Numbered from the stretch's first letter, positions 44,336-54,390 are shown. The stretch: DNA of 62,982 nt from Candidatus Buchananbacteria bacterium (GCA_041663485.1 JBAYMO010000002.1:1-62982), one strand, 5' to 3'. Numbers and translations are program-made. The notes: generated by a model from the letters alone, not told the origin.

Positions 44336-44381
44336 CCCCCGAAATCGGCCGAGAATTATTTGGCCGATTTCGGGGGTTTTT
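44336..44381. terminator. 15-bp perfect hairpin + T-run, overlapping the 3' end of rlmN
   Basis: CCCCCGAAATCGGCC (44336-44350) / GGCCGATTTCGGGGG (44362-44376), then TTTTT. Confidence 0.8.
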
Positions 44382-45417
44382 CTTTAGTGATTAGCTGGCC
44401 ACAAGCAGCGGCAATATCCTGACCCATACTTCTTCTAATGGTGGTTCTGATACCATTTTGAATGAGAAATTCTGAGAACTGCCTAATCTTAATATCCTGG
44501 CTCTTTTTTAATTCCGAAACCGAGATATCATTGCAGGGAATTAAATTTACTTTGACGTGACCGATTTTTTTCAGCAGTCTCAAAAGTTTTTTGGCTTCCA
44601 CTAAAGAATCATTCAAACCTGAAATCATGATATATTCAAAACTTAAAAAATGACGGCGGTTGCCATATTTTTTTAAATAATTTCTTGACCAATCAATCAA
44701 ATCCTGAAAATAATTTGTAGGGGTCGAGGGAATGATCTTTTTTCTGATTTCATAATCCGACGCATGCAAAGAAATGGCTAAACGAACATTAGGCCAATCT
44801 TTATCTAATAAAACCTTGGCTAGAATCGGAAATAGACCAATCGTGGAAACGGTAATGTGAGTTTCACCCAGACCGGCCATATCAACCAAAAGAGATACGG
44901 CTTTTTTAATATTTTCATAATTAGCCATCGGCTCTCCCATACCCATCACCACGATATTGGTAATAATTTTTTCGGATTTTCTACTATCCGCTAAAAATAT
45001 CTGCCAAAACCGATATTGATCAACTATTTCGTCAACTTCGAGACTGCGGGTCAAACCCATGCGGCCAGTAGCGCAAAAACGACAACCCATGGCGCACCCA
45101 ACCTGCGACGAAATACAGACGGTATATTGATTTCTGGAGTTTTCCATTAAAACAGTTTCGATCAAACTATCATCATTAAGCTTTAGAATCGCTTTGGCGG
45201 TTTGGTCCAAATTGCTCTGTAAAATCTTTACCGCTTGACAGCTAATAAAGTCGATTGACTCTAAAAGCTGCTCTCTCAAAGGTTTTGACAAAAAAGTAAA
45301 GCCATCCCAATCTTTTAATTTTGGCTCAAATAAACCTTTTTGAATTTGTTTAATTCGATAAGTTGGCTCAGAGGGGAATAGCTTCTTAAATTTTTCCTCG
45401 CGATTTTGTATTTTCAT
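44356..45417 (-). CDS. rlmN: 23S rRNA/tRNA (adenine-C2)-methyltransferase RlmN (radical SAM)
   Basis: CxxxCxxC CAMGCRFCATG, MGMGEPMAN, and C-terminal catalytic Cys (AAACGQL). Confidence 0.92.
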   Translation of the reverse strand: MKIQNREEKFKKLFPSEPTYRIKQIQKGLFEPKLKDWDGFTFLSKPLREQLLESIDFISCQAVKILQSNLDQTAKAILKLNDDSLIETVLMENSRNQYTVCISSQVGCAMGCRFCATGRMGLTRSLEVDEIVDQYRFWQIFLADSRKSEKIITNIVVMGMGEPMANYENIKKAVSLLVDMAGLGETHITVSTIGLFPILAKVLLDKDWPNVRLAISLHASDYEIRKKIIPSTPTNYFQDLIDWSRNYLKKYGNRRHFLSFEYIMISGLNDSLVEAKKLLRLLKKIGHVKVNLIPCNDISVSELKKSQDIKIRQFSEFLIQNGIRTTIRRSMGQDIAAACGQLITKEKPPKSAK

Positions 45418-45530
45418 TGAATTATTCTAGCATTATTTTAAAAAAACTGAAAATTTCTAGGCATAACGAAAATTTCACAATCAAACCAAAAAAAGGTATA
45501 ATTATGGGATAACAAAATAAAGAAAAAATC

Positions 45531-47609
45531 ATGAGGGGAAGTGCAAAAATTACCACTATACTTTTTGTCATCAGCTGCTTTGTTTTGATATTCTTCGGTG
45601 CTTTAATTTATTTATCTTGGCAAAATAACGCAGGCCAAATCAGCGTTAATACCAATCAGCCCGATACTCCAGAACCGTCTCAAGCCGGCAAAGATTCAAA
45701 AACTGAAAATTCCTTTAATTTGGAAATGGTTAAATTCAACTCAGAACAAGATTTTAAGGACTATCTTAAGTCGACTGAAGGCTTAATGACCGGTTTTGCC
45801 GGTAACTTTGGGCAAAAAAATACCGCTATAGCCACCGACTCGGTTAGCACTCAAAAAGCTTTAATGCCAACTTCTTCGGGCTCAGATGAACAAGCCGGGA
45901 CGGCTGAACGTTTTTCCCAAACCAATATTCAAGTCTCAGGTGTTGATGAGCCCGATATTATAAAAACCGATGGACAGAATATATTTTTTTCACTGGAGCC
46001 GCGTTACGGTATTACAACCGATACGGCCAATTCAATGGAAAAATCAAGATCATTAAGTCAAACTACATCCGTTAGTATTGCGCCTGATATGCCCCAACGA
46101 ATTGTAGACTCATCAGTTAAAATCATCAAAGCCTTTAAGCCGGCTGATTTGAAAGAAATTTCATCAATTAACGAAAATGGTAATCTTTTACTAAATAATA
46201 ATCATTTAATTGTTATTGGCAATAATAAAATTTCAGCCTTTGACGTGTCGCGCGCCAATCAACCAAAAGCTACCTGGCAGCTGCAGCTAGCAAGCAATGC
46301 TTACTTAACCGATTCAAGGCTTTATAATGGGTTAATCTATTTAATAATCAGAAAAAACATTTCTGATTTTTTACCTTGTCCGATTGAAGTGGTGTCTCTA
46401 AACAATAAAAAAATTAGCGTCGCCTGCCAAGACGTTTACCATCCGCAATCTCCAGTAAATATTGATGTAACGTATACGGTTATGGCCATTGATCCGCTCA
46501 ATGGTGAAATAAAAAATCAAACGAGTTTCGTCGGCAGTGCCAGTCATTCATTAACATACATGTCGCAAAATAATATTTACGCTACTTATACTTTTTTTCC
46601 TGATGCGGTTAGTTTTATGTATGATTTTCTTGTCAGCAAATGCCTGGGTCTGGTTCCAGAATCGCTCATTGAAAAATTAGCCAAACTAAAAAGCTACGAA
46701 ATTTCCAGCGCCGCTAAGATGACTGAGTTTAATCAAATTATGGAAAATTTTGAGCGCAGTTTGGATAATGATCAACAGCTTGAACTGGAAACAGAATTAA
46801 CCAATCGCTTGAATCAGTATTTAACCGAACATCAAAGAGAGCTGGAAAAAACCGGCATTGTTAAAATTGGAATCAAAAATTTCAGTATTTTGGCTACTGG
46901 TCAAATACCCGGTGAACCTTTAAATCAATTTTGCCTGGATGAATACAAAAATATTTTACGAATTGCAACCACTATTTCAGGCGGGCTAATGGGTGCTACC
47001 AATCAAAGCGTCAGTGATGTTTATGCTTTGGATGAGAATTTAAAAGAACTTAGCTCGGTCAAAGATTTAGGCAAAGGCGAAAAAATATATTCCGCCAGAT
47101 TTGTTGGCGACCGAGGTTATATTGTTACTTTTCGTCAGACTGACCCATTTTATGTTATTGATTTAACCGATCCAAAAAATTCAAAATTATCAGGTGAATT
47201 AAAAATTCCTGGTTTTTCATCATATCTGCATCCTATTGACCAAAATTTGATTATTGGTATTGGTCAAGAACAATCAAAGGTTAAGATTTCACTTTTTGAT
47301 GTTTCTGATCCAGCTAATCTCCAAGAAAAAGCTAAATACATGGTTAATGAATATTGGACCGAGGTAGCCAACAATCACCACGCTTTTTTACTTGACGATA
47401 AACATCAAATATTTTTCTTGCCCGCCAGCCGAGGTGGTTACATCTTTTCCTATAAAGACGCGGAATTGGAATTAGAAAAAGCCGTTAGTCAGGAATCTGT
47501 GAAACGAGCGGTGTATATAGATGATTATCTATATATTATTTCAGAAAATAAAATTTCTGTTTTCAGTGAAATTACCTGGGAAAAAATTAAAGAACTTAAC
47601 TTAAAATAA
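45531..47609 (+). CDS. Secreted beta-propeller domain protein (Beta_propel/COG4880-like)
   Basis: N-terminal TM/signal. GVDEPDIIKTDG and YSARFVGDRGYIVTFRQTDPFYVIDLTDP..IPGFSSYLHP are signatures of this family. Confidence 0.8.
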   Translation: MRGSAKITTILFVISCFVLIFFGALIYLSWQNNAGQISVNTNQPDTPEPSQAGKDSKTENSFNLEMVKFNSEQDFKDYLKSTEGLMTGFAGNFGQKNTAIATDSVSTQKALMPTSSGSDEQAGTAERFSQTNIQVSGVDEPDIIKTDGQNIFFSLEPRYGITTDTANSMEKSRSLSQTTSVSIAPDMPQRIVDSSVKIIKAFKPADLKEISSINENGNLLLNNNHLIVIGNNKISAFDVSRANQPKATWQLQLASNAYLTDSRLYNGLIYLIIRKNISDFLPCPIEVVSLNNKKISVACQDVYHPQSPVNIDVTYTVMAIDPLNGEIKNQTSFVGSASHSLTYMSQNNIYATYTFFPDAVSFMYDFLVSKCLGLVPESLIEKLAKLKSYEISSAAKMTEFNQIMENFERSLDNDQQLELETELTNRLNQYLTEHQRELEKTGIVKIGIKNFSILATGQIPGEPLNQFCLDEYKNILRIATTISGGLMGATNQSVSDVYALDENLKELSSVKDLGKGEKIYSARFVGDRGYIVTFRQTDPFYVIDLTDPKNSKLSGELKIPGFSSYLHPIDQNLIIGIGQEQSKVKISLFDVSDPANLQEKAKYMVNEYWTEVANNHHAFLLDDKHQIFFLPASRGGYIFSYKDAELELEKAVSQESVKRAVYIDDYLYIISENKISVFSEITWEKIKELNLK

Positions 47610-47614
47610 AGTAT

Positions 47615-48079
47615 ATGAGAATTAATTTTATTATTATTCCAGCTTTGGCTATTTTGACTTCGGTTCTTGGTAGCCAAATTACTAGTCAGGGGATGAGTTG
47701 GTATAAAATCATTAATCTTCCAAAAATGACACCTCCGGGCAGCATTATTGGTTTAGTTTGGACAATTATATTTATTTTAACCACCGTATCTATTCTGATT
47801 TATTATAATCAAAATAAAAGTCATAAATATTTTTGGCTAGTTATCGGCCTTTTTGTGGTTAATGCTTTTTTAAATGTTGCTTGGAGCTACTTATTTTTCG
47901 GCTGGCATTGGCTATTTTTATCCATCTTCGAAGCCGCGCTGCTGGGATTATCGGTTTTTGTTTTAATAATTTTAATTTGGCCAGTTTCAAAATTATCCGC
48001 CATCTTACTAATACCTTATGCCGCCTGGGTAAGTTTTGCTACTTACTTAACTTTTAATATCTGGCATTTAAATAAATAA
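47615..48079 (+). CDS. tspO: TspO/MBR family tryptophan-rich sensory protein
   Basis: Five TMs, Trp-rich (NVAWSYLFFGWHW). Confidence 0.85.
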   Translation: MRINFIIIPALAILTSVLGSQITSQGMSWYKIINLPKMTPPGSIIGLVWTIIFILTTVSILIYYNQNKSHKYFWLVIGLFVVNAFLNVAWSYLFFGWHWLFLSIFEAALLGLSVFVLIILIWPVSKLSAILLIPYAAWVSFATYLTFNIWHLNK

Positions 48080-48086
48080 ATTTAAT

Positions 48087-49493
48087 ATGAAAAAGAATTT
48101 CACGCCTCTACTTATTTTAACGGCTGCGATTATTTTTGCCGCCGGCTCTTTTATGATTTATTCCGGCGCCAGAATCAATTCTCAAAAATCTATCACCAAA
48201 ACTCCAGACACCACCAACCAACAAGACCAGGAAGTGCCCCAAAAGCTCGGCGCACAAATTGTCTGGATTGAAGGCGTGGTTGAATACCAAAAGGGTAACA
48301 ATGCCTGGATGCGTGCCGAAAATAATTTAGAGCTAGAAGCCGGAGATTCAATAGAAACTTTTTCCAATGGCCGCGTGATAATTAATTTAGATGATGGCAG
48401 TGCTCTAAGGTTAAATTATAATACTAAAGTCACCTTAACCAGTCTTGAACCAAACCATATAGTCATTACTAACCAGAACGGCACCATCTACAATCGGATA
48501 GCTAAATCAGAAAGAATCTACGAAATAACCGACGGCCAAATTGTCTATCAATCTCTGGGTACTGCTTATCAGGTAGTCAATACAGACAAACAACAGGGGG
48601 TAGAGGTCTTTGAAAGCAAAGTAAAAGTGGTTAAATCAGATAAAACGGAGTTAACCATAGACCAGGGTAGCAAATATTACGAAAAAAATCAGATTAATAA
48701 GTCCGAAGAGAAAAAAATCGTTAAACTAGACACCAAGGCATTAGCTGAAGATAAATTCGTAGTCTGGAATAAGGAAGAAGATAAGAAAGTCAGCGACTAT
48801 GCCGATCAAATGGGTGTTTTATCTGATGACAAAGAAACAGCCAGCGAAGTCAAAACCGAAGCTGATAAAAATTCTGAACCTCAAATGGCGCCTGCCGAGA
48901 CATCAATTATCTTAACTGGCTCTGTCGCCAGTGATGGCCTGAATTTTTCTTGGAAAGTAAGTAACGTTAATGTGGACAATGGATTTAAACTAGTGCGTAG
49001 TACCGAAATTAACCCAGTCTATCCTGGCAATGACTACCAATATCTAACTAATGCCGCCACCAGGTCATACAAATGGAAAATGTCCGACGGTCAAACTTAT
49101 TATTTTCGTATCTGCCAATATCTCGGCGGCAAATGCGGCAAATATAGTAATAATGTTAAATTAACTGCGCCAAAAAAAGTAACAGAAGCAACTGAAACCG
49201 AAGGCGATGTTACTAGTATTACCTTATCCGGCAGCCATGATGGACAGGTAAGTTGGAAAACAAACGGCTACTCCGAGCAAGGCTTCAAAATAGTGTGGTC
49301 AAAAATTTCTAATCCAACATATCCGTGCAGAGAATCGGATCAATACCAATACTTAAGTGATCCGGCCGCCAATTCAGCCACCCTTTCGGCCTTTGATGGC
49401 GAAGGCAGCTACTATGTGCGCGTCTGTGAATATCTCGGCGGTAAGTGTGGCATATACTCAAATCAAATAACCATTAATTTAACTAATAATTAA
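48087..49493 (+). CDS. FecR-like domain protein with two tandem C-terminal Cys-pair repeats
   Basis: TM anchor. FecR-like GDSIETFSNGRVIINLDDGSALRL. Two ~90-aa repeats end in C(Q/E)YLGGKCG(K/I)YSN. Confidence 0.65.
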   Translation: MKKNFTPLLILTAAIIFAAGSFMIYSGARINSQKSITKTPDTTNQQDQEVPQKLGAQIVWIEGVVEYQKGNNAWMRAENNLELEAGDSIETFSNGRVIINLDDGSALRLNYNTKVTLTSLEPNHIVITNQNGTIYNRIAKSERIYEITDGQIVYQSLGTAYQVVNTDKQQGVEVFESKVKVVKSDKTELTIDQGSKYYEKNQINKSEEKKIVKLDTKALAEDKFVVWNKEEDKKVSDYADQMGVLSDDKETASEVKTEADKNSEPQMAPAETSIILTGSVASDGLNFSWKVSNVNVDNGFKLVRSTEINPVYPGNDYQYLTNAATRSYKWKMSDGQTYYFRICQYLGGKCGKYSNNVKLTAPKKVTEATETEGDVTSITLSGSHDGQVSWKTNGYSEQGFKIVWSKISNPTYPCRESDQYQYLSDPAANSATLSAFDGEGSYYVRVCEYLGGKCGIYSNQITINLTNN

Positions 49494-49497
49494 TTTT

Positions 49498-49722
49498 ATG
49501 ATTTCGACCCTCGCCTTTACAAAAATTCTCGGCTTGCCCTTAATAGCCTGGGGTGGCATGTTGGGATTAATTATGATGATTTTTGTCGCCGTAATTGGTG
49601 CACTTAATCTCCGCGGCATCAGGCTTTTAAATCTTAAATGGCATCGTGGCTTGGCACTTTTAGCTATTATTATCGCCATTTTGCATGGATTCATCGGCAC
49701 TTTAGCCCTTTTAGGTTACTAA
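49498..49722 (+). CDS. Small membrane protein (2 TM)
   Basis: 74-aa hydrophobic ORF tightly packed between neighbours. Confidence 0.5.
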   Translation: MISTLAFTKILGLPLIAWGGMLGLIMMIFVAVIGALNLRGIRLLNLKWHRGLALLAIIIAILHGFIGTLALLGY

Positions 49723-49724
49723 CT

Positions 49725-50804
49725 ATGAAAAAGAATGGCAAAATTATTATTATTGCTCTAGTTTTAATTGTTTTAATTTTGATTGTTTCTTTTTTTGTTT
49801 TTGTTCGAGGCAACCCTGATGCTTGGCTTTGTCAAAATGGCGAATGGATAAAATTCGGAAATATAGCGGCTGATAAACCAACAACTCTTTGTCCAAACGG
49901 TTTAAAGGTGACAGATAATACCTCAGGTTCTCCCGAAAAAATTGAAGTGGGTTTGGCTAATCCAGCGTCTGAGTATTGTCTGAGTCAAGCCGGGAAGCTT
50001 GAAGGACGAATTAATAACGAAGGGCAATACAACATTTGTATATTTAAAGATGATACCAGGTGTGAAGAATGGGCTTACCAAAGAGGTGAATGTCAGCCGG
50101 GAAAAAATATTGTAATTTTTAATTTAAGACCGAACCAAACCATCCCTTTTCCTTTTAGCATAATTGGCGAGGCTAGAGTTTTTGAAAATAATTTTAATTA
50201 CCGCCTGAAAGACGAAAAAGGTAACATTATTGCTAGTGGTTTTAGCACTGCCCAAAGTCCGGACGCGGGTCAATTCGGTAGCTTTGAAATAAAAATTAAT
50301 TCCTTATTTAAAAAACCATTGACCAAAAATGTTACACTAGAAATTTTAGATTTTTCGGCCAAAGATGGCAGCGAAATTGATCTTGTTAGCATGCCTTTGA
50401 TTCTAGAAATAGGGGAAACATCCACGATTAATTTATATTATTCAAATAGCAAATTAGACCCGACTGTCAGTTGCAACAAAGTATTTCCGGTTAAAAGAAT
50501 AATTCCAAAAACCGAAGCCATGGCTAGGGCAGCCATCGAACAGTTATTTTTAGGTCCAAACTCCCAAGAAGCCAGCGATGACTACAGCACCGCCCTAAAT
50601 TATGGAGTAAAAATCCAAAACTTAAGTATCAATTCAGGCACAGCCAAAATTGATTTTGATGAAACTCTTCAATCTGGCGTCGGCGGTTCGTGCCGCGTTT
50701 CAGCCGTCAGGGCTCAAATTATCGAAACCCTAAAACAATTTTCTACCATTAAAAATGTGATCATTTCAATCAACGGTCGAACTGAAGACATCCTTCAACC
50801 TTAG
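49725..50804 (+). CDS. Secreted DUF333 / Gmad2 Ig-like / GerMN three-domain protein
   Basis: ANPASEYCLSQAGKLE..ICIFKDDTRCEEWAYQRGEC (DUF333), a middle Ig-like segment, and a C-terminal GerMN-like segment (AAIEQLFLGPN..GGSCRV). ATG at 49725 preferred to the track start. Confidence 0.75.
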   Translation: MKKNGKIIIIALVLIVLILIVSFFVFVRGNPDAWLCQNGEWIKFGNIAADKPTTLCPNGLKVTDNTSGSPEKIEVGLANPASEYCLSQAGKLEGRINNEGQYNICIFKDDTRCEEWAYQRGECQPGKNIVIFNLRPNQTIPFPFSIIGEARVFENNFNYRLKDEKGNIIASGFSTAQSPDAGQFGSFEIKINSLFKKPLTKNVTLEILDFSAKDGSEIDLVSMPLILEIGETSTINLYYSNSKLDPTVSCNKVFPVKRIIPKTEAMARAAIEQLFLGPNSQEASDDYSTALNYGVKIQNLSINSGTAKIDFDETLQSGVGGSCRVSAVRAQIIETLKQFSTIKNVIISINGRTEDILQP

Positions 50805-50829
50805 TTCAATATCAGGAGGGCATGGCACC

Positions 50830-51003
50830 ATGTTTGGATTAATCATCGTCGGTTTGTTAATTTTGTTTGGGCTGGTATGCTTGATTGTAGTTGGGTCAAT
50901 CAACTATATCAATTACCGAGACATGCTCAGGGGTGGAGAAATAGACCCAATTCGATCCTGGCGCATTCTGACTTTTTTGCGCCCAACACACCCTCGGTCC
51001 TGA
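50830..51003 (+). CDS. 57-aa small membrane protein (not in ORF track)
   Basis: My translation: MFGLIIVGLLILFGLVCLIVVGSINYINYRDMLRGGEIDPIRSWRILTFLRPTHPRS*. SD AGGAGGG at 50814-50820. Confidence 0.45.
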   Translation: MFGLIIVGLLILFGLVCLIVVGSINYINYRDMLRGGEIDPIRSWRILTFLRPTHPRS

Positions 51004-51072
51004 ATCGCTATAGTAACGACAGGACTTTTTTCTTTGCTTGTTTTATTGATAAAAAATTACTATAATTACTTC

Positions 51073-52524
51073 ATGACTAAACCAAATTTAGCCAAAAATA
51101 CTATCTATTTTACCGCGGCCTTAATTTTCCAAAAAATTCTGGCTTTTATTTATTTTTGGTTTATTTCCAATAATCTGTTCGCTCAAGAATTAGGTCAATA
51201 TGTTTTTGCTTTATCGTTTACCACCATGTTTTCCATTTTCCTTGACTTAGGCATTTCTCCGATTCTGACTCGCGAAGCGGCCAGAGAAGAAAATCAAGCC
51301 AACAAATACCTAAAAAACGTCATTGCCATCAAACTACCGCTGACGATTTTAACTCTAATCGCCGTTTGGCTGACAATCAATATCTCAGGCAAACCAGAAC
51401 CGGTCAAACTTTTAATTTATTTGGCCAGTTTAATCATGGTTCTCGATTCTTTTTCATTTACCTTCTGGGTAATTTTTAGGGCCAAGCACAATTTAAAATA
51501 TGAAAGTTTATCAACCATTTTAGTTCAAATCATAATTTTTACCTTGGGCTTAACCGCCCTTAAACTGTCCGGCCAAACCAAGTATTTAATTTTAGCTTTG
51601 CTAGCCGCCAGCATTTTCAATTTTTTATTTTCTGGCGCTTTGCTGAAGTTCCGACTTCATTATTCGCTTTGGCCCGAATATGACAAAAAAGTCGCCATGC
51701 ATTTTTTAAAAATTTTGCCAGCTTTTGCTTTGTCCGGATTTTTTGTAAAAATTTATAACACTAATGATTCGGTATTGCTGAGTTATTTAAGTTCGGATCA
51801 GGCTGTCGGCTATTTTTCCGTACCAGCCAAAGTGGTCTACGCCCTGCAGCAGGTGATTCCCGCCGCCTTTGCCGCCGCTATTTATCCCACTTTTAGCTAC
51901 TATTATACCAAGTCAAGGCAGCAGCTTGAACAGACATTCGAAAGAGCCTGGGCGTATTTATTAATTATTAGCATTCCGCTGACGGCCGGCATTCTAGTTT
52001 TAATTCCCGAAGTCGTGCGAATATTCTGGCCTAAATACGCTATTGTTGTTCCTACCTTCTACGTAATGAGTTTAGCCATACCTTTCATTTTTTTGGCTTT
52101 TCCCACCGGCTATTTACTTAACGCCTGCGATCGTCAAAAGAATACCACCATCAACCGAGGAATAATCACTTTTTTAGCCGTAGTTTTAAATATCAGCTTA
52201 ATTCCATCTTTGAGTTTTTATGGCGCGGGTATTACCTTTTTAATCACCAACTTTGTTTTAGTGTTTTTAGATTTATATTGGGTAAGAAAGATTATCAAAA
52301 TTGACTATCTTTATCTGATAAAAATAACCGGCAAAACTTTAGTTGGGGCACTAATCATGATCTTGTTTATTTTAACCACTCAAGATTATCTGCCTCTATT
52401 AATCCAAGTCGCTTTGGGTGGTTTAATATACTTCGGCTGTCTTTGGCTCATGAAAGGTTTTAGCGTTAAAGAAATTCTAAGTTTGTTTAAAAAAAATAAT
52501 CAAGCCGCAATAAGCCCCGAGTAA
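51073..52524 (+). CDS. Polysaccharide flippase (Wzx/MOP superfamily)
   Basis: ~12-14 TMs with an N-terminal AKNTIYFTAALIFQKILAFIY pattern typical of polysaccharide biosynthesis flippases. ATG at 51073. Confidence 0.75.
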   Translation: MTKPNLAKNTIYFTAALIFQKILAFIYFWFISNNLFAQELGQYVFALSFTTMFSIFLDLGISPILTREAAREENQANKYLKNVIAIKLPLTILTLIAVWLTINISGKPEPVKLLIYLASLIMVLDSFSFTFWVIFRAKHNLKYESLSTILVQIIIFTLGLTALKLSGQTKYLILALLAASIFNFLFSGALLKFRLHYSLWPEYDKKVAMHFLKILPAFALSGFFVKIYNTNDSVLLSYLSSDQAVGYFSVPAKVVYALQQVIPAAFAAAIYPTFSYYYTKSRQQLEQTFERAWAYLLIISIPLTAGILVLIPEVVRIFWPKYAIVVPTFYVMSLAIPFIFLAFPTGYLLNACDRQKNTTINRGIITFLAVVLNISLIPSLSFYGAGITFLITNFVLVFLDLYWVRKIIKIDYLYLIKITGKTLVGALIMILFILTTQDYLPLLIQVALGGLIYFGCLWLMKGFSVKEILSLFKKNNQAAISPE

Positions 52525-52528
52525 TTCT

Positions 52529-53707
52529 ATGCCAAAAAATTTAAAAAAGTCACTCTTAATTACCTTGGATTTTCCCCCAAATTATGGCGGGGTGGCTAAT
52601 TATTATTATAATGTTTGTAAAAATTTTCCCTCCGACAAAATAATTGTTTTGGCACCGATTTGGCCTGGTTCGGAAACCTTTGATAGCCGGCAAAAATTTA
52701 CGATTATTCGCAGCGCCAGATTAAATCAAATCGCTAAAGCCAAATCTGGACTTTTTAATTTGTCTTCAAAATTTCAACTACTTGGCCTGATTAAAGATCT
52801 CTTGATCATTATTAAAAATCATAAAATTGAATTTATCCAGATCGGTCAAGTTCTGCCTTTGGGCAGTATGGCTTTAATTTTAAAAAGAAGGACGAAAATT
52901 CCCTTCATTTTCTACGCCCATGGCATGGATATTACTGTCCCTCAAAAAATCACCAGAAAAAAAATTATTATAAAAAAAATAATTTCTAAGGCCAAATACA
53001 TTGTCGCCAATAGCTATTTTACCAGAAATGAACTGGCTAAACTTGGCGCCGATCGCGACAAAGTCGTAGTCGCTTATCCTTGCGCCGGATTAACGAGTCA
53101 TCATGTCAGCGCCCAAGAAATTCAAAACTTCACCAATCAATACGAGTTGGGTGGTAAAAACATAATTTTGACTGTGGGTCGTTTGGTGGAGAGAAAAGGC
53201 CATGATTTGGTCATAAAATCTTTGCCTGAAATTCTCAAAAAAATCCCCAATACCATTTACTTAATCGCCGGCGACGGACCAAACAAAATCAAACTTCAAT
53301 CTTTAGTTTCGGAAAAAAAACTAGGGTCTTATGTAAAATTTATCAGTTCGGTTAGTCATGATTTATTACCCGTGCTCTATCAAATATCCGATGTTTTTGT
53401 TATGCCCTCTAGGCAACTATCTAATGGCGACGTTGAAGGTTTTGGCACGGTTTATTTGGAAGCCAATCTTTTTGGTAAACCGGTAATCGGCGGCAAGAGC
53501 GGGGGAGTAACCGAGGCAATTTTAGATAAAAAAACCGGTTTGCTGATTAACCCAACCAGCCAAACAGAGTTAATTAACGCTGTTGTGTCTTTGCTGACTG
53601 ACAAATCATTCGCTCATCGGTTGGGCTTTCAGGGCATGGAGCGAGCTCATCATGAATTTGACTGGCGTGCTCAAACTCAAAAAATAATTTCAATCCTTTC
53701 AAAATAA
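52529..53707 (+). CDS. Glycosyltransferase family 4 (GT-B, group 1)
   Basis: C-terminal EGFGTVYLEANLFGKPVIGGKSGG E-x7-E-type motif. Confidence 0.88.
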   Translation: MPKNLKKSLLITLDFPPNYGGVANYYYNVCKNFPSDKIIVLAPIWPGSETFDSRQKFTIIRSARLNQIAKAKSGLFNLSSKFQLLGLIKDLLIIIKNHKIEFIQIGQVLPLGSMALILKRRTKIPFIFYAHGMDITVPQKITRKKIIIKKIISKAKYIVANSYFTRNELAKLGADRDKVVVAYPCAGLTSHHVSAQEIQNFTNQYELGGKNIILTVGRLVERKGHDLVIKSLPEILKKIPNTIYLIAGDGPNKIKLQSLVSEKKLGSYVKFISSVSHDLLPVLYQISDVFVMPSRQLSNGDVEGFGTVYLEANLFGKPVIGGKSGGVTEAILDKKTGLLINPTSQTELINAVVSLLTDKSFAHRLGFQGMERAHHEFDWRAQTQKIISILSK

Positions 53708-53709
53708 TT

Positions 53710-54390
53710 ATGCCAAAAATATCAATTGTTATCCCTATTTATAACTCGGAAAAAACCCTTAAGCCATGTTTAGAAAGCATCTTTAATCAAACTTTTAAAG
53801 ATTTTGAAATTGTGGCCGTTAATGACGGGTCAACCGATCAAAGCAAAAGTATTTTAGATGCCTACCAAGATAAAATTAAGATTATTAATCAAAAAAACCA
53901 AGGAGCGGCCGCAGCTAGGAACACTGGCGCCAAAGAAGCAGTTTCACAATTTATAATTTTTTGTGATTCAGATATTATTTTAAAACCCGACGCATTAAAA
54001 AAGATGCACCAAGCTTTAATTTTACATCCTGAAGCATCATATGCTTATAGCGCTTTCATTTTTGGCAAAAAAACTTTTAAACTCTGGCCGTTTGATGCGG
54101 CAAAATTAAAAAAGATGCCGTACATTCACACCACCTCACTTATCAGAAAAAAAGACTTCCCGGGGTTTGACGTAACCTTAAAGCGCTTTCAAGACTGGGA
54201 TTTGTGGCTAACCATGCTAGAAGATGGCCATCAAGGAATTTTTATTGATGAAATACTTTTTACGGTTAAGGCCGGGGGAACGATGTCAAATTGGCTACCA
54301 AAAATGTTTTATTACTTGCCGTTTTTGTCTTCAGTCAAAAAATACCAAAACGCCAAGAAAATCATTCAAAAAAAACATAATTTATATTAA
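53710..54390 (+). CDS. Glycosyltransferase family 2
   Basis: ISIVIPIYNSEKTL..VNDGSTD..FCDSD (DxD). Confidence 0.88.
   Translation: MPKISIVIPIYNSEKTLKPCLESIFNQTFKDFEIVAVNDGSTDQSKSILDAYQDKIKIINQKNQGAAAARNTGAKEAVSQFIIFCDSDIILKPDALKKMHQALILHPEASYAYSAFIFGKKTFKLWPFDAAKLKKMPYIHTTSLIRKKDFPGFDVTLKRFQDWDLWLTMLEDGHQGIFIDEILFTVKAGGTMSNWLPKMFYYLPFLSSVKKYQNAKKIIQKKHNLY

Noticed and set aside
44161-44422. Track ORFs 44161-44394 and 44171-44422 (+)
   Set aside because: They read through the 15-bp terminator hairpin and into rlmN antisense. They have Arg/Ser/Pro-rich, low-plausibility products and no SD. The 39-aa ORF at 44196 with AAGGAGG explains the region better.
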